Counted from the stretch's first letter, positions 26,664 to 36,520 are shown. The stretch is DNA of 42,339 bases from an uncultured bacterium (GCA_964639605.1 CAZXEF010000002.1:1-42339); one strand, 5' to 3'. The notes: generated from the letters alone by a model not told the origin. Program-made: numbers and translations.

Positions 26664-27284
26664 CTACCGGAAGGTGGCCTTGGCAACACCCCAGGTGTAA
26701 TGCTCAACGGTGTAGCCGTCGGGCCTGTTGTCGAACCATCTCCTGATGGACCACAGGCCGTAGGTATCCTCCACCATGAGGAACTTGACGCGTCCCCGGG
26801 CCGAGTTTTCCCAGCCTGCGTAATCGCTTCCGGCTACCACTATCTCGTAGTCCCTCCAGATGTCAGCGGAATCGGTGGGGGCCACCGGGTCGGGGATCTC
26901 CGGTACAAAGTTCATAACCACGTAGACAAGGCTGTCTTCCGGCAGACCCGATCCCGACACGAAATTGTAGATGTTCATCAGAGTGTTCTGCTCCACCTGA
27001 TAGTTCCAGTTGCCGAAATTCCATGAGCCGCCGAAATCGGTTGTATCGGCACCGTCGGCGACGAACATGTACGAGGAATCGCAGCAGGCCATGGTCATGG
27101 CGATCGACCTTCCCTCCAAGGAGTTCTCAAGGTTCACCACCACCGTGGAGGGAGAGTAGGGCTGCTGCCAGGGTATCGCCTCCCCCGGGTCCGGGTCCTC
27201 AGGATCCCTCGGTTCGAAGAAGGAGCAGGACGTGACAGCAAGGGCTGCAATGACTGACAGGACGATGTAACTGCGATATCTCAT
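26664..27284 (-). CDS. Lipoprotein of unknown function
   Basis: 206 aa. Signal plus lipobox ..AALAVTS|C. No recognisable catalytic motif. 12 nt downstream of the 606-aa barrel gene. Confidence 0.6.
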   Translation of the reverse strand: MRYRSYIVLSVIAALAVTSCSFFEPRDPEDPDPGEAIPWQQPYSPSTVVVNLENSLEGRSIAMTMACCDSSYMFVADGADTTDFGGSWNFGNWNYQVEQNTLMNIYNFVSGSGLPEDSLVYVVMNFVPEIPDPVAPTDSADIWRDYEIVVAGSDYAGWENSARGRVKFLMVEDTYGLWSIRRWFDNRPDGYTVEHYTWGVAKATFR

Positions 27285-27296
27285 TTGTTCTCCCGA

Positions 27297-29117
27297 CTAG
27301 AATTGATAGTTCAGCCCCACCGAGGCTTTCCAGTAGCTCTCCCTGTCATCCCTGGAATAGAAGGAACGTGTGAGGCTGAGATTGAGGATTCCGTTATGCA
27401 GGTTCATCCTGGTCCTCAGACCGAGATGGTGAATGTGCTCCACTCTCGAGGGAATGGTCTGGGACAGGTAGTTCCTCTGCTGGTACTCCCAGGCGTAGCT
27501 GGGGGTAAGCCCGATGTTGCTGCTCACGTGGAAGCCCAGGTTGAACTTGATGACATTGTTGATGACCTCCTCTGACCTGAGGAAGACGGAGTTCAGATAG
27601 CTTCCCTGGTCCTGGAAACGAAAGACATGGCTGATGCCGAGGAGGGTGCTGTCCGGGGATACCCTCTGGAAGGAACTGTTCGTGGTAACCCTCCTGAAGA
27701 GGAGGTCAGAACCGGCGGTTGATGTCTCCGGGAATAGGAAGGTCGTATAATCGGCACTGAACTGGACCGACTCGTCCAGGGTCCAGTTCCCTCCTGCGTC
27801 GTACCGGAAGCCCGGTTGGATGCTGTAAGTGGATGACCTTTTGCTGTTGCCCGACTGCTCGGACATTATGTAAATGGTCTCCCTGCTCTGGCCCTGTATG
27901 AGTGCGTCGAGGGTGATCCTGCTGCTGAGTGGTATCTCCGAACTGAGGGACAGGACCTGCCTGGTCTGGTCGTAGTCGAAATTGTCGGTACGCACGATAC
28001 CCATCTCGGTCCAGGTCCCGTATGTATCTCGTTTCAGCAACTGTACGGCCCTGTAGAAGCTTATCCTGCAGTCGCCCGGAGTGTAATCCAGTGTGGCGGA
28101 GAACATGCGGTCGTCATCAATGTAATAGACATCGAAAAGTTCCGATTCACCGATGGCGGTCCTCTTCTGGTCGACCCTGAGAATATCCCGGGAGAGGCTG
28201 AAATGCAGCTTCAGGTTCTCCATCATCTGGTAACGAAGGGACGATGAGATGTCCCTGCTCCTCTCCTTCCTGTCGAGGACATCCCCCTGCGTGCCGGAGG
28301 AATCAGGGTCGGCGTACTCGTAGAACCTGTTGGAGTAGGCCCATCCGGTGGAGACCTCCATGGAAACGTTCTCAAAGGGCACAGGCACCACCAGCGCCAG
28401 GCTGCTGGCAAGGTCATCCTGTCTCTGTGTCCGGTTGGAATCATTGTAGGTTGTGAACAGCTTCGAGGCCCTGACCTGCGCCTCCAGGCTTCCACCCTCG
28501 AACAGCCGGGGAAAATCGTAGCTGGCCCTCAGGGAAAGGTTTTCGCTCCCGCTGTCCTTCTGGTATCCCAGCGTCCTGTGCTCCCCCAGGGAAACGCTTC
28601 CGCTGAGATCCTGGAAGAGGGTGTGGTTCATGGATATGTCAACATTCCTCACCCCTCCCTCATCGTAGCCTGTGATTGTGCTGTCACCGGATGGGTTCAT
28701 GTAATCCACGAAATGGGCACCAAGGCTCATGTTGACCGAGAGCCACGAATAAGGTGTATAGCGCACCTGGCCCGATGTGGTGTTGCTGAGACGGTCCCTT
28801 ATCAGATCTCCGTTCTTCTCTTCGGAGCTGATGACTCGGGAGAGGTTGATGCCGAACTCTATCCCCTGCATAGGAGTGAAGGTGAGGCTGGCGGTACCCG
28901 ATCTTCCATCCACGAACCTGTCAAGGTCACTGTTCTTCTCACCCGTGAAGCTTGCCGTGGCGTTCAGGGCTATCCTGCTGGTGAGCTGCTGGTAGAGTGA
29001 AATGGAGTTCATCAGGTTCACACGGTCCTTGATCTGGTCGAGATCGATGCTGTAACCCATTGTGACCGCCGAGGCCATTCCCGCCAGCAGAGCAAGTATC
29101 AGTCCCGCGTTTCTCAT
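27297..29117 (-). CDS. Outer-membrane beta-barrel protein of unknown function
   Basis: 606 aa with a signal peptide. Alternating amphipathic strand pattern throughout. C-terminal ..SVGLNYQF (terminal Phe). Its start overlaps the rsmA stop by 4 nt. Confidence 0.6.
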   Translation of the reverse strand: MRNAGLILALLAGMASAVTMGYSIDLDQIKDRVNLMNSISLYQQLTSRIALNATASFTGEKNSDLDRFVDGRSGTASLTFTPMQGIEFGINLSRVISSEEKNGDLIRDRLSNTTSGQVRYTPYSWLSVNMSLGAHFVDYMNPSGDSTITGYDEGGVRNVDISMNHTLFQDLSGSVSLGEHRTLGYQKDSGSENLSLRASYDFPRLFEGGSLEAQVRASKLFTTYNDSNRTQRQDDLASSLALVVPVPFENVSMEVSTGWAYSNRFYEYADPDSSGTQGDVLDRKERSRDISSSLRYQMMENLKLHFSLSRDILRVDQKRTAIGESELFDVYYIDDDRMFSATLDYTPGDCRISFYRAVQLLKRDTYGTWTEMGIVRTDNFDYDQTRQVLSLSSEIPLSSRITLDALIQGQSRETIYIMSEQSGNSKRSSTYSIQPGFRYDAGGNWTLDESVQFSADYTTFLFPETSTAGSDLLFRRVTTNSSFQRVSPDSTLLGISHVFRFQDQGSYLNSVFLRSEEVINNVIKFNLGFHVSSNIGLTPSYAWEYQQRNYLSQTIPSRVEHIHHLGLRTRMNLHNGILNLSLTRSFYSRDDRESYWKASVGLNYQF

Positions 29118-29932
29118 GACATGGCCTCTGCCATGGCCAGGAAGCGCTCCGGCGGGACCTGCTCCGCCCTGAGTTCGGGATCCACCCCCGCGGACCTCAG
29201 GAGTCCGGCGGCCTCTTCCCTGTCCATGATGGTCTTCAGGTTGTTGAAAATAGTCTTCCTCCTCTTCGCGAAGGACACTTTCACCAGCCTTCTGAAACGG
29301 GAGTAAGTGTCTCCCGACGCCAGAGGCTCTCCTCGCCTGTTCAGGACCAGTACCCTGGACCTGACCTCGGGGGGCGGAAAGAAGTCCTCCGGTTCCGCAT
29401 CCAGAAGCTCCTCCACCGTGAACAGCGGCCAGATCTGAAGTGAAAGTTTACCGTAATCCCTACCGCCGTCAAGTGCCGACAACCGCTGAGCTACTTCTCT
29501 CTGCAGCATGATCACCGCCGTTGTAACCTGCCTGAAGCCGTCCTCAAGCAGTCTGAACAGTATGGGGGATGAGATGGAATAGGGCAGATTGCCGGCAATG
29601 GTGGAGAAAGGGAAACCGGGGAGGGCGGACGGGTCCAGTTTCAGGAAATCACCGTGAACCACGGTCAGGGACCGGTCGGAGAATCTCTTTTCCAGGAAAT
29701 CCGACATCCTGGCCGATATCTCCACCGCCGTAAGAGATCCGCACCTCTTCAGCAGCTTTTCAGTCAGCGAACCCAGTCCGGGGCCTATCTCCAGCGTACT
29801 GCCCTCCACGGGCACCGCAGCCGCTATCTTCATGGCGATGGAGGGATTGACAAGGAAGTTCTGCCCCAGGTCACGGTCAGGCCTGAGCCCAACGCTCTTC
29901 AGACTGCGTCTGACCTCAGGCAGCAGCATCAT
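29114..29932 (-). CDS. rsmA: 16S rRNA (adenine1518/1519-N6)-dimethyltransferase
   Basis: 272 aa. LGQNFL, EIGPGLGSLT and GNLPY motifs of KsgA/RsmA. Confidence 0.92.
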   Translation of the reverse strand: MMLLPEVRRSLKSVGLRPDRDLGQNFLVNPSIAMKIAAAVPVEGSTLEIGPGLGSLTEKLLKRCGSLTAVEISARMSDFLEKRFSDRSLTVVHGDFLKLDPSALPGFPFSTIAGNLPYSISSPILFRLLEDGFRQVTTAVIMLQREVAQRLSALDGGRDYGKLSLQIWPLFTVEELLDAEPEDFFPPPEVRSRVLVLNRRGEPLASGDTYSRFRRLVKVSFAKRRKTIFNNLKTIMDREEAAGLLRSAGVDPELRAEQVPPERFLAMAEAMS

Positions 29933-31284
29933 CTCACCCTGAAAGGGAGACCCAGGGATCCCGCAAGTTCCCTGACGGACCCGGTGTCAACACCGGGATA
30001 CCTGACAGCCGTGGCTTCCAGCCGGACATGGCTCCCTGCCAGCTCGATGAAATCCATCAGGCTCTTCCAGGCCCCCGGATCCTCAGGCCTGCACAACCTG
30101 GAATACTCTTCCTCTGATGATGCGTTGAGACTTACACTGACGGTATCGAAGGGCTCCAGCATGTCCAGGACCTGACTGTCGGGCATGTTCAGCAGACAGG
30201 TGCCGTTGGTGTCAAGCCTTACACTGTAACCCTTTCCGGACGCGGCTCGGGCCAGTTCCTGAAGCAGCAGAGGTCTCATTGTGGGCTCGCCGTAACCGCA
30301 GAAGACAAGCTCCCTGCCGATTCCTTCCGGAAGAAGGGCCGCAATGCCCCTGAGCCTTCTTTCCTCGGGCTCCCCGGTATGCCTCAGGTAATAGCCCCCG
30401 AGCCCGTCGGTCCTGTCCCTGATGCAGAACCTGCAGTGATTGCCGCACCTGCCGGTGATGTTCATGTAAAGGTTCCCGAAGATGCGGTAGATAAGGTCCG
30501 TCCTTCTATGTTCATACAGCTGGAAGGCTTTCATGGAGTTGGACCTCAGCTGCCTCGCGGTGCTGTCAAGGTCCTCTCCCAGTGCCTCCGAGATGGTCTC
30601 CACGGTAAAGACAAGATTGGCTGGTTCGTTCCTGGCGCCCCTGACCGGCTCCGGGGAGAGGTAGGGAGAGTCTGTCTCGGCCAGTATCCTGTCCTTCGGC
30701 AGGGAGGCTGCCAGCTCCCTGAGCCAGCCGTTGCCGGGGTATGTGACAGGGCCGGCGAAGCTTATGTAGAAACCACTTGCGCAGGCCTTCTGCGCCAGGT
30801 CGCCAGGACCGGTGTAGCAGTGCATCACCACCGGCACAGAGACGTTCTCTCCAAGGGTGTCGAGCACCTGCGCCTCAGCCCCCCTGGAGTGGACCACCAG
30901 GGTGAGTCCGAAGGCTTCCGCCATTTCGATATGCCTCAGGAAAGCTTCCCTCTGGCGTTCCTCGGTGGACCGGTCATGGTACAGGTCCATCCCTGTTTCG
31001 CCCACGGCTATCACCCCGGGGCCGATAAGTAACTCGGGAATGCCCTCCATCCCGTAATCGGGACCGGCCCCCAGATCACTTGGATGTATCCCGGCGGCTG
31101 CGAAGATGCAGCTTCGCTTATCCGACAGGCTGGATGCGGCGATACTGGTCTCCAGGTCTATGCCGGGAACAAGGAAGCAGGTTACCCCGGACCTGCCGGC
31201 GGCTGCTATGACACTGTCCAGGTCTCCCCGGAACCTGCTGTCACAGAGATGGCAGTGTGTGTCGAAGAGCCCTACGTTCTCCAG
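29929..31284 (-). CDS. Fusion protein: TatD-family metal-dependent hydrolase plus TatD-associated radical SAM domain
   Basis: The track ORF (373 aa, ATG at 31050) lacks the essential TatD N-terminus. Manual translation shows the frame continuing upstream as LENVGLFDTHCHLCDS...AAAGIHPSD, containing the HxH metal site. TatD motifs follow (GETGMD, VVHSR, HCYTG, ETDSPYL). The C-terminal part carries CGNHCRFC (CxxxCxxC radical-SAM cluster). The most likely start is the CTG at 31284. Confidence 0.8.
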   Translation of the reverse strand: MENVGLFDTHCHLCDSRFRGDLDSVIAAAGRSGVTCFLVPGIDLETSIAASSLSDKRSCIFAAAGIHPSDLGAGPDYGMEGIPELLIGPGVIAVGETGMDLYHDRSTEERQREAFLRHIEMAEAFGLTLVVHSRGAEAQVLDTLGENVSVPVVMHCYTGPGDLAQKACASGFYISFAGPVTYPGNGWLRELAASLPKDRILAETDSPYLSPEPVRGARNEPANLVFTVETISEALGEDLDSTARQLRSNSMKAFQLYEHRRTDLIYRIFGNLYMNITGRCGNHCRFCIRDRTDGLGGYYLRHTGEPEERRLRGIAALLPEGIGRELVFCGYGEPTMRPLLLQELARAASGKGYSVRLDTNGTCLLNMPDSQVLDMLEPFDTVSVSLNASSEEEYSRLCRPEDPGAWKSLMDFIELAGSHVRLEATAVRYPGVDTGSVRELAGSLGLPFRVR

Positions 31285-32564
31285 ATCAGGTCCTCTCTGG
31301 CGGGTCCGGTGGATACGGCCCTTACGGTAACACCGGTGAGCTTCTCAATGAACAGAACGTATTCCCTCGCTTTTTTCGGCAGGGCTTCCCAGCTGGTCTC
31401 GCCCGTAATGTCCTCCTGCCATCCCGGAAGGGTCTCGAAGACCGGAATATGCCTGCCCAGTCTCGCACCTGTCTCGAAGAGAGTGAGATCGATCTCAGGG
31501 TCGAGCTGGTACTTCTTGCAGACCATGAGTTCCGGGAACCCGCTCAGTACATCGAGCAGGGTGAGTACTGTCCAGGTGCTTCCATTGAGCCTGGCAGCAT
31601 AACTGGCCAGAACACCGTCGAACCAGCCGCACCGTCTCGGTCTTCCGGTGGTGGCTCCGTACTCGTTGCCCTTTTCCCGTATCCTGTCCCCAAGCTCATC
31701 GGTGAGTTCCGTGGGGAACGGGCCGTTGCCGACCCTGGTGTTGTAAGCCTTCATCACCCCCACCACCTCGTCTATCATGACAGGACCTATGCCAAGGCTC
31801 ACGCAGGCAGCGCCTGCAACGCAGGAGCCGCAGGTTACGTAGGGATATGTTCCGTGGTCAGGGTCGAGCAGGGTTCCCTGGGCCCCCTCGGCTATCACGA
31901 TGCCGTCGGAGCGGAGTATGCGGGAAATGACCATCGATACGTCGCTGGCCCTTGTTACCAGTTCGAGGGTGTGGCCGTTGAACATCTCGGTCTCCTCCCT
32001 CAGTGCGGCTTCCTCTTCCCTGTCCAGCCCAAGCTGCCTTACGCACTCCTCGACCATATCATTCGAACGCTGGGTAAAACTCCCTGGAATCGCGGCATCC
32101 TCCAGCCTGAGTCCCCTTCGGCTGAACTTGCGGACATATGTCGGTCCGATACCGCGGCCGGTGGTACCCACGGATGCTTCTCCAAGGCTGCTCTCATCGG
32201 CTTTCTCGAAGTACCTTGCGGCGGGATGGACAAGATGGACATTGCCGGAGATGGTGAGCCTGTCTTCCACGGGGAATCCCTCTTCCTCCAGATTCAGCAT
32301 CTCCTCCGTAAGGGAAACAGGGTCAAGGACGCAGGATGCTCCGATTATCCCGAGCACCCCGGGACGCAGCAGACCGCTGGGAAGCTGATGCAAGGCTATT
32401 CTGCGACCGTTGACCACCACCGTATGACCAGCATTGGCCCCGCCGGAGAACCTGGCCACCGCCGCGGCATTCTCCGCCAGGTGGTCAACCATCTTCCCTT
32501 TTCCCTCGTCTCCCCACTGCAGACCGGTGACTATGGTTGCCGGCATTTCATCCCCTTCTTCCAT
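31272..32564 (-). CDS. purA: Adenylosuccinate synthase
   Basis: 430 aa. GLQWGDEGKGK P-loop and GTTGRGIGPTY motifs. Confidence 0.95.
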   Translation of the reverse strand: MEEGDEMPATIVTGLQWGDEGKGKMVDHLAENAAAVARFSGGANAGHTVVVNGRRIALHQLPSGLLRPGVLGIIGASCVLDPVSLTEEMLNLEEEGFPVEDRLTISGNVHLVHPAARYFEKADESSLGEASVGTTGRGIGPTYVRKFSRRGLRLEDAAIPGSFTQRSNDMVEECVRQLGLDREEEAALREETEMFNGHTLELVTRASDVSMVISRILRSDGIVIAEGAQGTLLDPDHGTYPYVTCGSCVAGAACVSLGIGPVMIDEVVGVMKAYNTRVGNGPFPTELTDELGDRIREKGNEYGATTGRPRRCGWFDGVLASYAARLNGSTWTVLTLLDVLSGFPELMVCKKYQLDPEIDLTLFETGARLGRHIPVFETLPGWQEDITGETSWEALPKKAREYVLFIEKLTGVTVRAVSTGPAREDLIWRT

Positions 32565-32574
32565 CTGTTCACAG

Positions 32575-33141
32575 CTACACTACTGCCTGAAAGATCCATC
32601 TCTTCAGTTCCTCCAGTCCCTGCCCGGTCAGTGAAGAGACGGGTATGACCGGCCCCATATCCTGTGCGCTCCCCACCGATGACGCAAGCTTTCCTCTTTT
32701 CAGCTTGTCCGATTTGGTAAGGGCCACGATGTAGGGTCTGCCCCGCTCCCTCAGGAAGTCCACCATGCCCATGTCGTTTGGAAGGCACGGGTGCCTGGCG
32801 TCAACGAGGAGGATGACCCCCCGGAGGGCAGTCCGCTCCATCAGATACTCCTCTATCCATCCTGTCCAGCGCATGCGCTCCATCTCCGGGGCCTTCGCGT
32901 ACCCGTACCCCGGCAGGTCGACGAAATAGAAGCTGTCCGCCACTGAATAGATGTTGAGGAACTGGGTGCAGCCCGGTCTGGCGCTGGTGCGGGCGACCTG
33001 ACGGCTTCCGGCAAGGCTGTTGAGGAGAGAGGATTTCCCGACATTGGACCTCCCAGCCAGGCATATCTCGGACAGACCGTCGGAGGGCAGATGCGAAGGT
33101 CCCGGGCAGCTCCTTAGGAACCTTATGGAAAGAGAGGGCAT
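32575..33141 (-). CDS. engB: Ribosome-biogenesis GTPase YihA/EngB
   Basis: 188 aa. GRSNVGKSSLLNSL G1, DLPGYG G3 and TKSDK G4 motifs. Confidence 0.9.
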   Translation of the reverse strand: MPSLSIRFLRSCPGPSHLPSDGLSEICLAGRSNVGKSSLLNSLAGSRQVARTSARPGCTQFLNIYSVADSFYFVDLPGYGYAKAPEMERMRWTGWIEEYLMERTALRGVILLVDARHPCLPNDMGMVDFLRERGRPYIVALTKSDKLKRGKLASSVGSAQDMGPVIPVSSLTGQGLEELKRWIFQAVV

Positions 33142-33154
33142 CAGGCGCCCACTC

Positions 33155-34408
33155 TCAGCCGGCTCTGCCCGATTGCTTCTTCTTCTTTCCGGACTTGACG
33201 ATCACGGGTTTGGCCTCACCCTTCACCACCTCGGAAGAGATGATGAGTTTGCGGACGTCTGTCAAACCGGGAAGTTCGTACATTGGCTCCAGAAGCAGGT
33301 TCTCAATGACCGACCTCAACCCCCTCGCCCCGCTGCCGGCCTGCTGGGCCTTTCTGGCAATCTCCTCAAGGGCGCCGTCGGAGAACTCCAGCTCAACATC
33401 CTCCAGCTCGAAGAGGTACTGGTACTGGCGCACCAGGGCATTCCTCGGCTGTGTGAGCACCTTCACAAGATCTTCTGTATCCAGATCGTCCAGGGCTACC
33501 AGTACTGGCAGCCTGCCCACGAGCTCGGGGACCAGGCCGTACTTGACCAGGTCGTGGGATTCCACTGTGGATAGTACGCTCGGAACCGATCCCTGCTGGT
33601 GGTCAAGGACAGCGGAAAAGCCCATGGCGTTCTTCCGGAGACGCTTCTCCACGATCCTGTCAAGTCCGTTGAAGGCTCCGCCGCAAATGAACAGGATATT
33701 ACTGGTATCAACGAGGATGTTATCCTGGTAGGGATGCTTCCTGCCACCCTGTGGCGGCACGCTGGCAACGGTTCCCTCTATTATCTTCAGCAGCGCCTGC
33801 TGGACACCCTCGCCGGACACGTCTCTGGTGATGGAAGGGTTCTCCGACTTCCTGGATATCTTGTCTATCTCGTCTATATAGATTATTCCCTGCTGCGCCG
33901 TCGGTACATCCATGTCGGTCACCTGCAGCAGACGGAGGAGGATGTTCTCCACATCCTCGCCTACGTACCCGGCCTCGGTAAGCGTTGTGGCGTCGGCGAT
34001 AGCGAAGGGCACATCCAGTATCCTGGCCAGCGTGCGGGCCAGAAGGGTCTTGCCAACCCCGGTGGGACCAAGGAGGAGTATGTTGCTCTTCTCGAGCTCC
34101 ACTTTACCGGCTTCCCTTGACGAACGGAGCCGTTTGTAGTGGTTGTAGACGGCTACAGAGAGCACCTTCTTCGCCTGCTCCTGCCCCACCACGTAATCGT
34201 CCAGCTGCTCCTTTATCTCCGCCGGTGTCGGCAGCTCCTCCTTGAGGAGTTCGGGTACCTCCATCGTCTGTCCCGATTCCAGGTCCACAAGTTCGCTGCA
34301 GTACCTTATGCATTCATCGCAGATATGGACTCCGGGGCCCTGTATCAGCTGATTGACCTCCCCAATGGGCCTTCCGCAGAAAGAGCATTTCTTGTCTTTA
34401 CCCATCAT
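33155..34408 (-). CDS. clpX: ATP-dependent Clp protease ATP-binding subunit ClpX
   Basis: 417 aa. N-terminal zinc finger CSFCG...CDEC, Walker A GPTGVGKT and Walker [10 protein letters not shown]. Confidence 0.97.
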   Translation of the reverse strand: MMGKDKKCSFCGRPIGEVNQLIQGPGVHICDECIRYCSELVDLESGQTMEVPELLKEELPTPAEIKEQLDDYVVGQEQAKKVLSVAVYNHYKRLRSSREAGKVELEKSNILLLGPTGVGKTLLARTLARILDVPFAIADATTLTEAGYVGEDVENILLRLLQVTDMDVPTAQQGIIYIDEIDKISRKSENPSITRDVSGEGVQQALLKIIEGTVASVPPQGGRKHPYQDNILVDTSNILFICGGAFNGLDRIVEKRLRKNAMGFSAVLDHQQGSVPSVLSTVESHDLVKYGLVPELVGRLPVLVALDDLDTEDLVKVLTQPRNALVRQYQYLFELEDVELEFSDGALEEIARKAQQAGSGARGLRSVIENLLLEPMYELPGLTDVRKLIISSEVVKGEAKPVIVKSGKKKKQSGRAG

Positions 34409-34417
34409 TCATTCCCG

Positions 34418-35005
34418 TCAGCTCCTGGAGGAAAGCACATTGTCCACGATACCGTAATCCACAGCCGCCTGGGCATCCATCCAGAAATTCCTGTCCGAAT
34501 CCTTTTCTATCCTATCCAGGGGCTGGCCCGTATGGTAGGCCAGAATATCGTTCAGGCTCTCCCTGAGCTTGAGTATCTCCCTGGCCTGTATCTCAATGTC
34601 GCTGGCCTGTCCCTCGGCCCCGCCCATGGGCTGGTGTATCATGACCCTGGCATGAGGGAGGATGTTCCTCTTCCCCCTTTCGCCTGCAGCCAGCAGGACT
34701 GCGGCCATACTGGCCGCGGTACCCATGCAGAATGTGGCCACCGGAGGCTTTATGAATTGCATCGTGTCGTAGATGGCGAGGCCCGAAGAGACCAGGCCTC
34801 CTGGACTGCTGATGTACATGTTGATGTCCTTCTTGGCATCCTCGCCCTCGAGAAAAAGCAATTGGGCCACTATCAGGCTTGCGGTCTGGTTCCCCAGAGT
34901 GTCACCCACGAAGACGATCCGCTCCTTGAGCAGTCGGGAATAGATGTCGTAGGATCTCTCCCTGTTCCCCTCACGCTCCACCACGAACGGTACGAATGTT
35001 GACAT
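34418..35005 (-). CDS. clpP: ATP-dependent Clp protease proteolytic subunit
   Basis: 195 aa. GTAASMAA (Ser) and MIHQP (His) active-site contexts. Start overlaps the tig stop by 1 nt (TGATG). Confidence 0.97.
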   Translation of the reverse strand: MSTFVPFVVEREGNRERSYDIYSRLLKERIVFVGDTLGNQTASLIVAQLLFLEGEDAKKDINMYISSPGGLVSSGLAIYDTMQFIKPPVATFCMGTAASMAAVLLAAGERGKRNILPHARVMIHQPMGGAEGQASDIEIQAREILKLRESLNDILAYHTGQPLDRIEKDSDRNFWMDAQAAVDYGIVDNVLSSRS

Positions 35006-36279
35006 CAGGATCCTTCCTCTGCATCGGCAGTTGCTTCCGCTTCGTCATCCTCCACCAGCGTCCATTTCCATGACGCTTCGGGGTCCTCATGGTCACCGGT
35101 ATTGGATACTTCCTCCCCGGTCGGCTCCTTATCGGTAATATCGGCCCTTTCGAGAATTAGTTCCAGTGCCTTCCTGTTCCTGAGCCTGTCCATGATCGAA
35201 GATTCCGATTCCTCGGGGCTCTTTTCCTTCTCGATCTCCTCCGGCGTTACCTGGACGTTCTCTTTCTCCGCTACAGCCCTGAGAATGAGGAACTCCCTCA
35301 CTTTGTCCTGCGCAAGCTCCCTGGCGGCTTTGATGGTCCCCTCTCCGGGATCCTCTTCCCCGAGCCTGTTGAGATAGTCCCTTGTGAGGTTGTTGACCAT
35401 GTATACGGGAGGATCGAAGGGATTGCTCGCAAGCAGGCTTTCAGTAACTGTCCTCTCCTTCAGGTAGGTGACCTCCTGCTCGTAGCGGCTCTTCACGCTT
35501 TCCTCCACCTTGTCCCTCAGCTCCTTCAGGCTCGAAAGGCCCGCTGCCTTCTCGGCGAACGTGTCGTTCAGGTCGGGGAGCATCGGGCGCCTGACATCGG
35601 TGACCCTGAACCTGTGGACGGGATTCCCGTCACCCTCCGGGTCGGGACTCTCCATCCTCGCCGAGAAGGTATAACCCTGCTCAACTCCTGTAACCAGCCG
35701 GTCGAACCCCTCGCCGATGTGGGAATCACCTATCCTGACGCTGAATTCCTGCGGTTTTCCGCCTTTTTCCGCGGGAGCTGCCTCCAGCATGACCAGGTCC
35801 CCCTCCTGCGAGGGTCTGTCAACAGTCTCGAAGCTCATCAGCTTCTCCCTGAAGGACTCGAGCGTCTTCGCCACCGCGTCCTCGAGATCCAGCAGAGGCA
35901 CTTCGATGGCTATCCCGTCTGTGCCCTTGGGTTCAGGGGTCTCGAAGAGGGAGAATGTCATTTCGTAACTGTAGGGGTTGCCCTCCACCGGCAGCTCCAC
36001 TTCATCGTCGGCTTCAGTGTCATCAAGTATCCAGTCCTGATCCTCGATGAGCTTCGAGGTCAGGTCCTGCCTAATGGTATCCGCCACCTCGGCCTTGATG
36101 ATGTTGCCGTATTGCCTGTCTATAATGGACCTGGGCACCCTGCCCGGGCGGAAGCCCGGCATGTCCAGGTCCTTCGAGATCTGCTTCCTCACTTTTCCGA
36201 ACAGCCGGTCCACCCGCTCCACCGTCTCGGTGAACCTCACCTTCCTTGTATTTCCCTCTGACTTGACGATCTCATGCAT
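35005..36279 (-). CDS. tig: Trigger factor
   Basis: 424 aa. N-terminal ribosome-binding GFRPGRVP motif. Acidic C-terminal tail. Canonical tig-clpP-clpX order. Confidence 0.9.
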   Translation of the reverse strand: MHEIVKSEGNTRKVRFTETVERVDRLFGKVRKQISKDLDMPGFRPGRVPRSIIDRQYGNIIKAEVADTIRQDLTSKLIEDQDWILDDTEADDEVELPVEGNPYSYEMTFSLFETPEPKGTDGIAIEVPLLDLEDAVAKTLESFREKLMSFETVDRPSQEGDLVMLEAAPAEKGGKPQEFSVRIGDSHIGEGFDRLVTGVEQGYTFSARMESPDPEGDGNPVHRFRVTDVRRPMLPDLNDTFAEKAAGLSSLKELRDKVEESVKSRYEQEVTYLKERTVTESLLASNPFDPPVYMVNNLTRDYLNRLGEEDPGEGTIKAARELAQDKVREFLILRAVAEKENVQVTPEEIEKEKSPEESESSIMDRLRNRKALELILERADITDKEPTGEEVSNTGDHEDPEASWKWTLVEDDEAEATADAEEGS

Positions 36280-36308
36280 TTGAAATTCTTCCTGTCGTTC
36301 AAGATAAG

Positions 36309-36394
36309 TGGTGCGAGAGGGGGGACTTGAACCCCCACAAGCATAGCTTACCAGATCCTAAATCTGGCGCGTCTGCCAATTCCGCCACTCCCGC
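36309..36394 (-). tRNA. tRNA-Leu (anticodon UAG), CCA encoded
   Basis: Manual cloverleaf: acceptor GCGGGAG/CTCTCGC (one G-U); anticodon stem CCAGA/TCTGG with loop TT-TAG-GA; long variable arm with AAGC/GCTT stem; T-arm GGGGG-TTCAAGT-CCCCC; 3' ACCA. Confidence 0.9.
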
Positions 36395-36419
36395 AGAGCC
36401 ATTGTCATCGCAACCTGGG

Positions 36420-36448
36420 AATATGCTTTGAATCAGTATTTACGTCAA
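36420..36448 (-). promoter_or_regulatory. Candidate sigma70-type promoter for tRNA-Leu (and possibly tig-clpPX)
   Basis: The minus strand reads TTGACG, a 17-nt spacer, then CATATT. The -10 element ends about 25 nt before the mature tRNA 5' end. Motif match only, and this lineage's promoter consensus is unknown. Confidence 0.35.
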
Positions 36449-36466
36449 AGTGAAACCCGAAGGGGG

Positions 36467-36494
36467 TCTGCCGCCGGACAAAACCGGCGGCAGA
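36467..36494 (-). terminator. Strong GC-rich hairpin downstream of the cpoB repeat array (probable tol-pal operon terminator)
   Basis: tctgccgccgg-acaaaa-ccggcggcaga forms an 11-bp perfect stem. In the minus sense the loop is UUUUGU and the trailing sequence is CCCCCUUCGGGUUUCACUUU, which is only partly U-rich. Confidence 0.5.
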
Positions 36495-36520
36495 GGGTTC
36501 AATGACGGTTCAGAAAGATC

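Noticed and set aside
31257-32648. 463-aa plus-strand ORF
   Set aside because: It is antisense to purA, whose identity is unambiguous. It has no motifs and shadow-ORF composition.
36280-36520. tRNA-Leu as an integration hotspot or genomic-island border
   Set aside because: No integrase, no direct repeat of the tRNA 3' end and no compositional break are visible. The flanking genes are core housekeeping genes (tig-clpPX, tol-pal).
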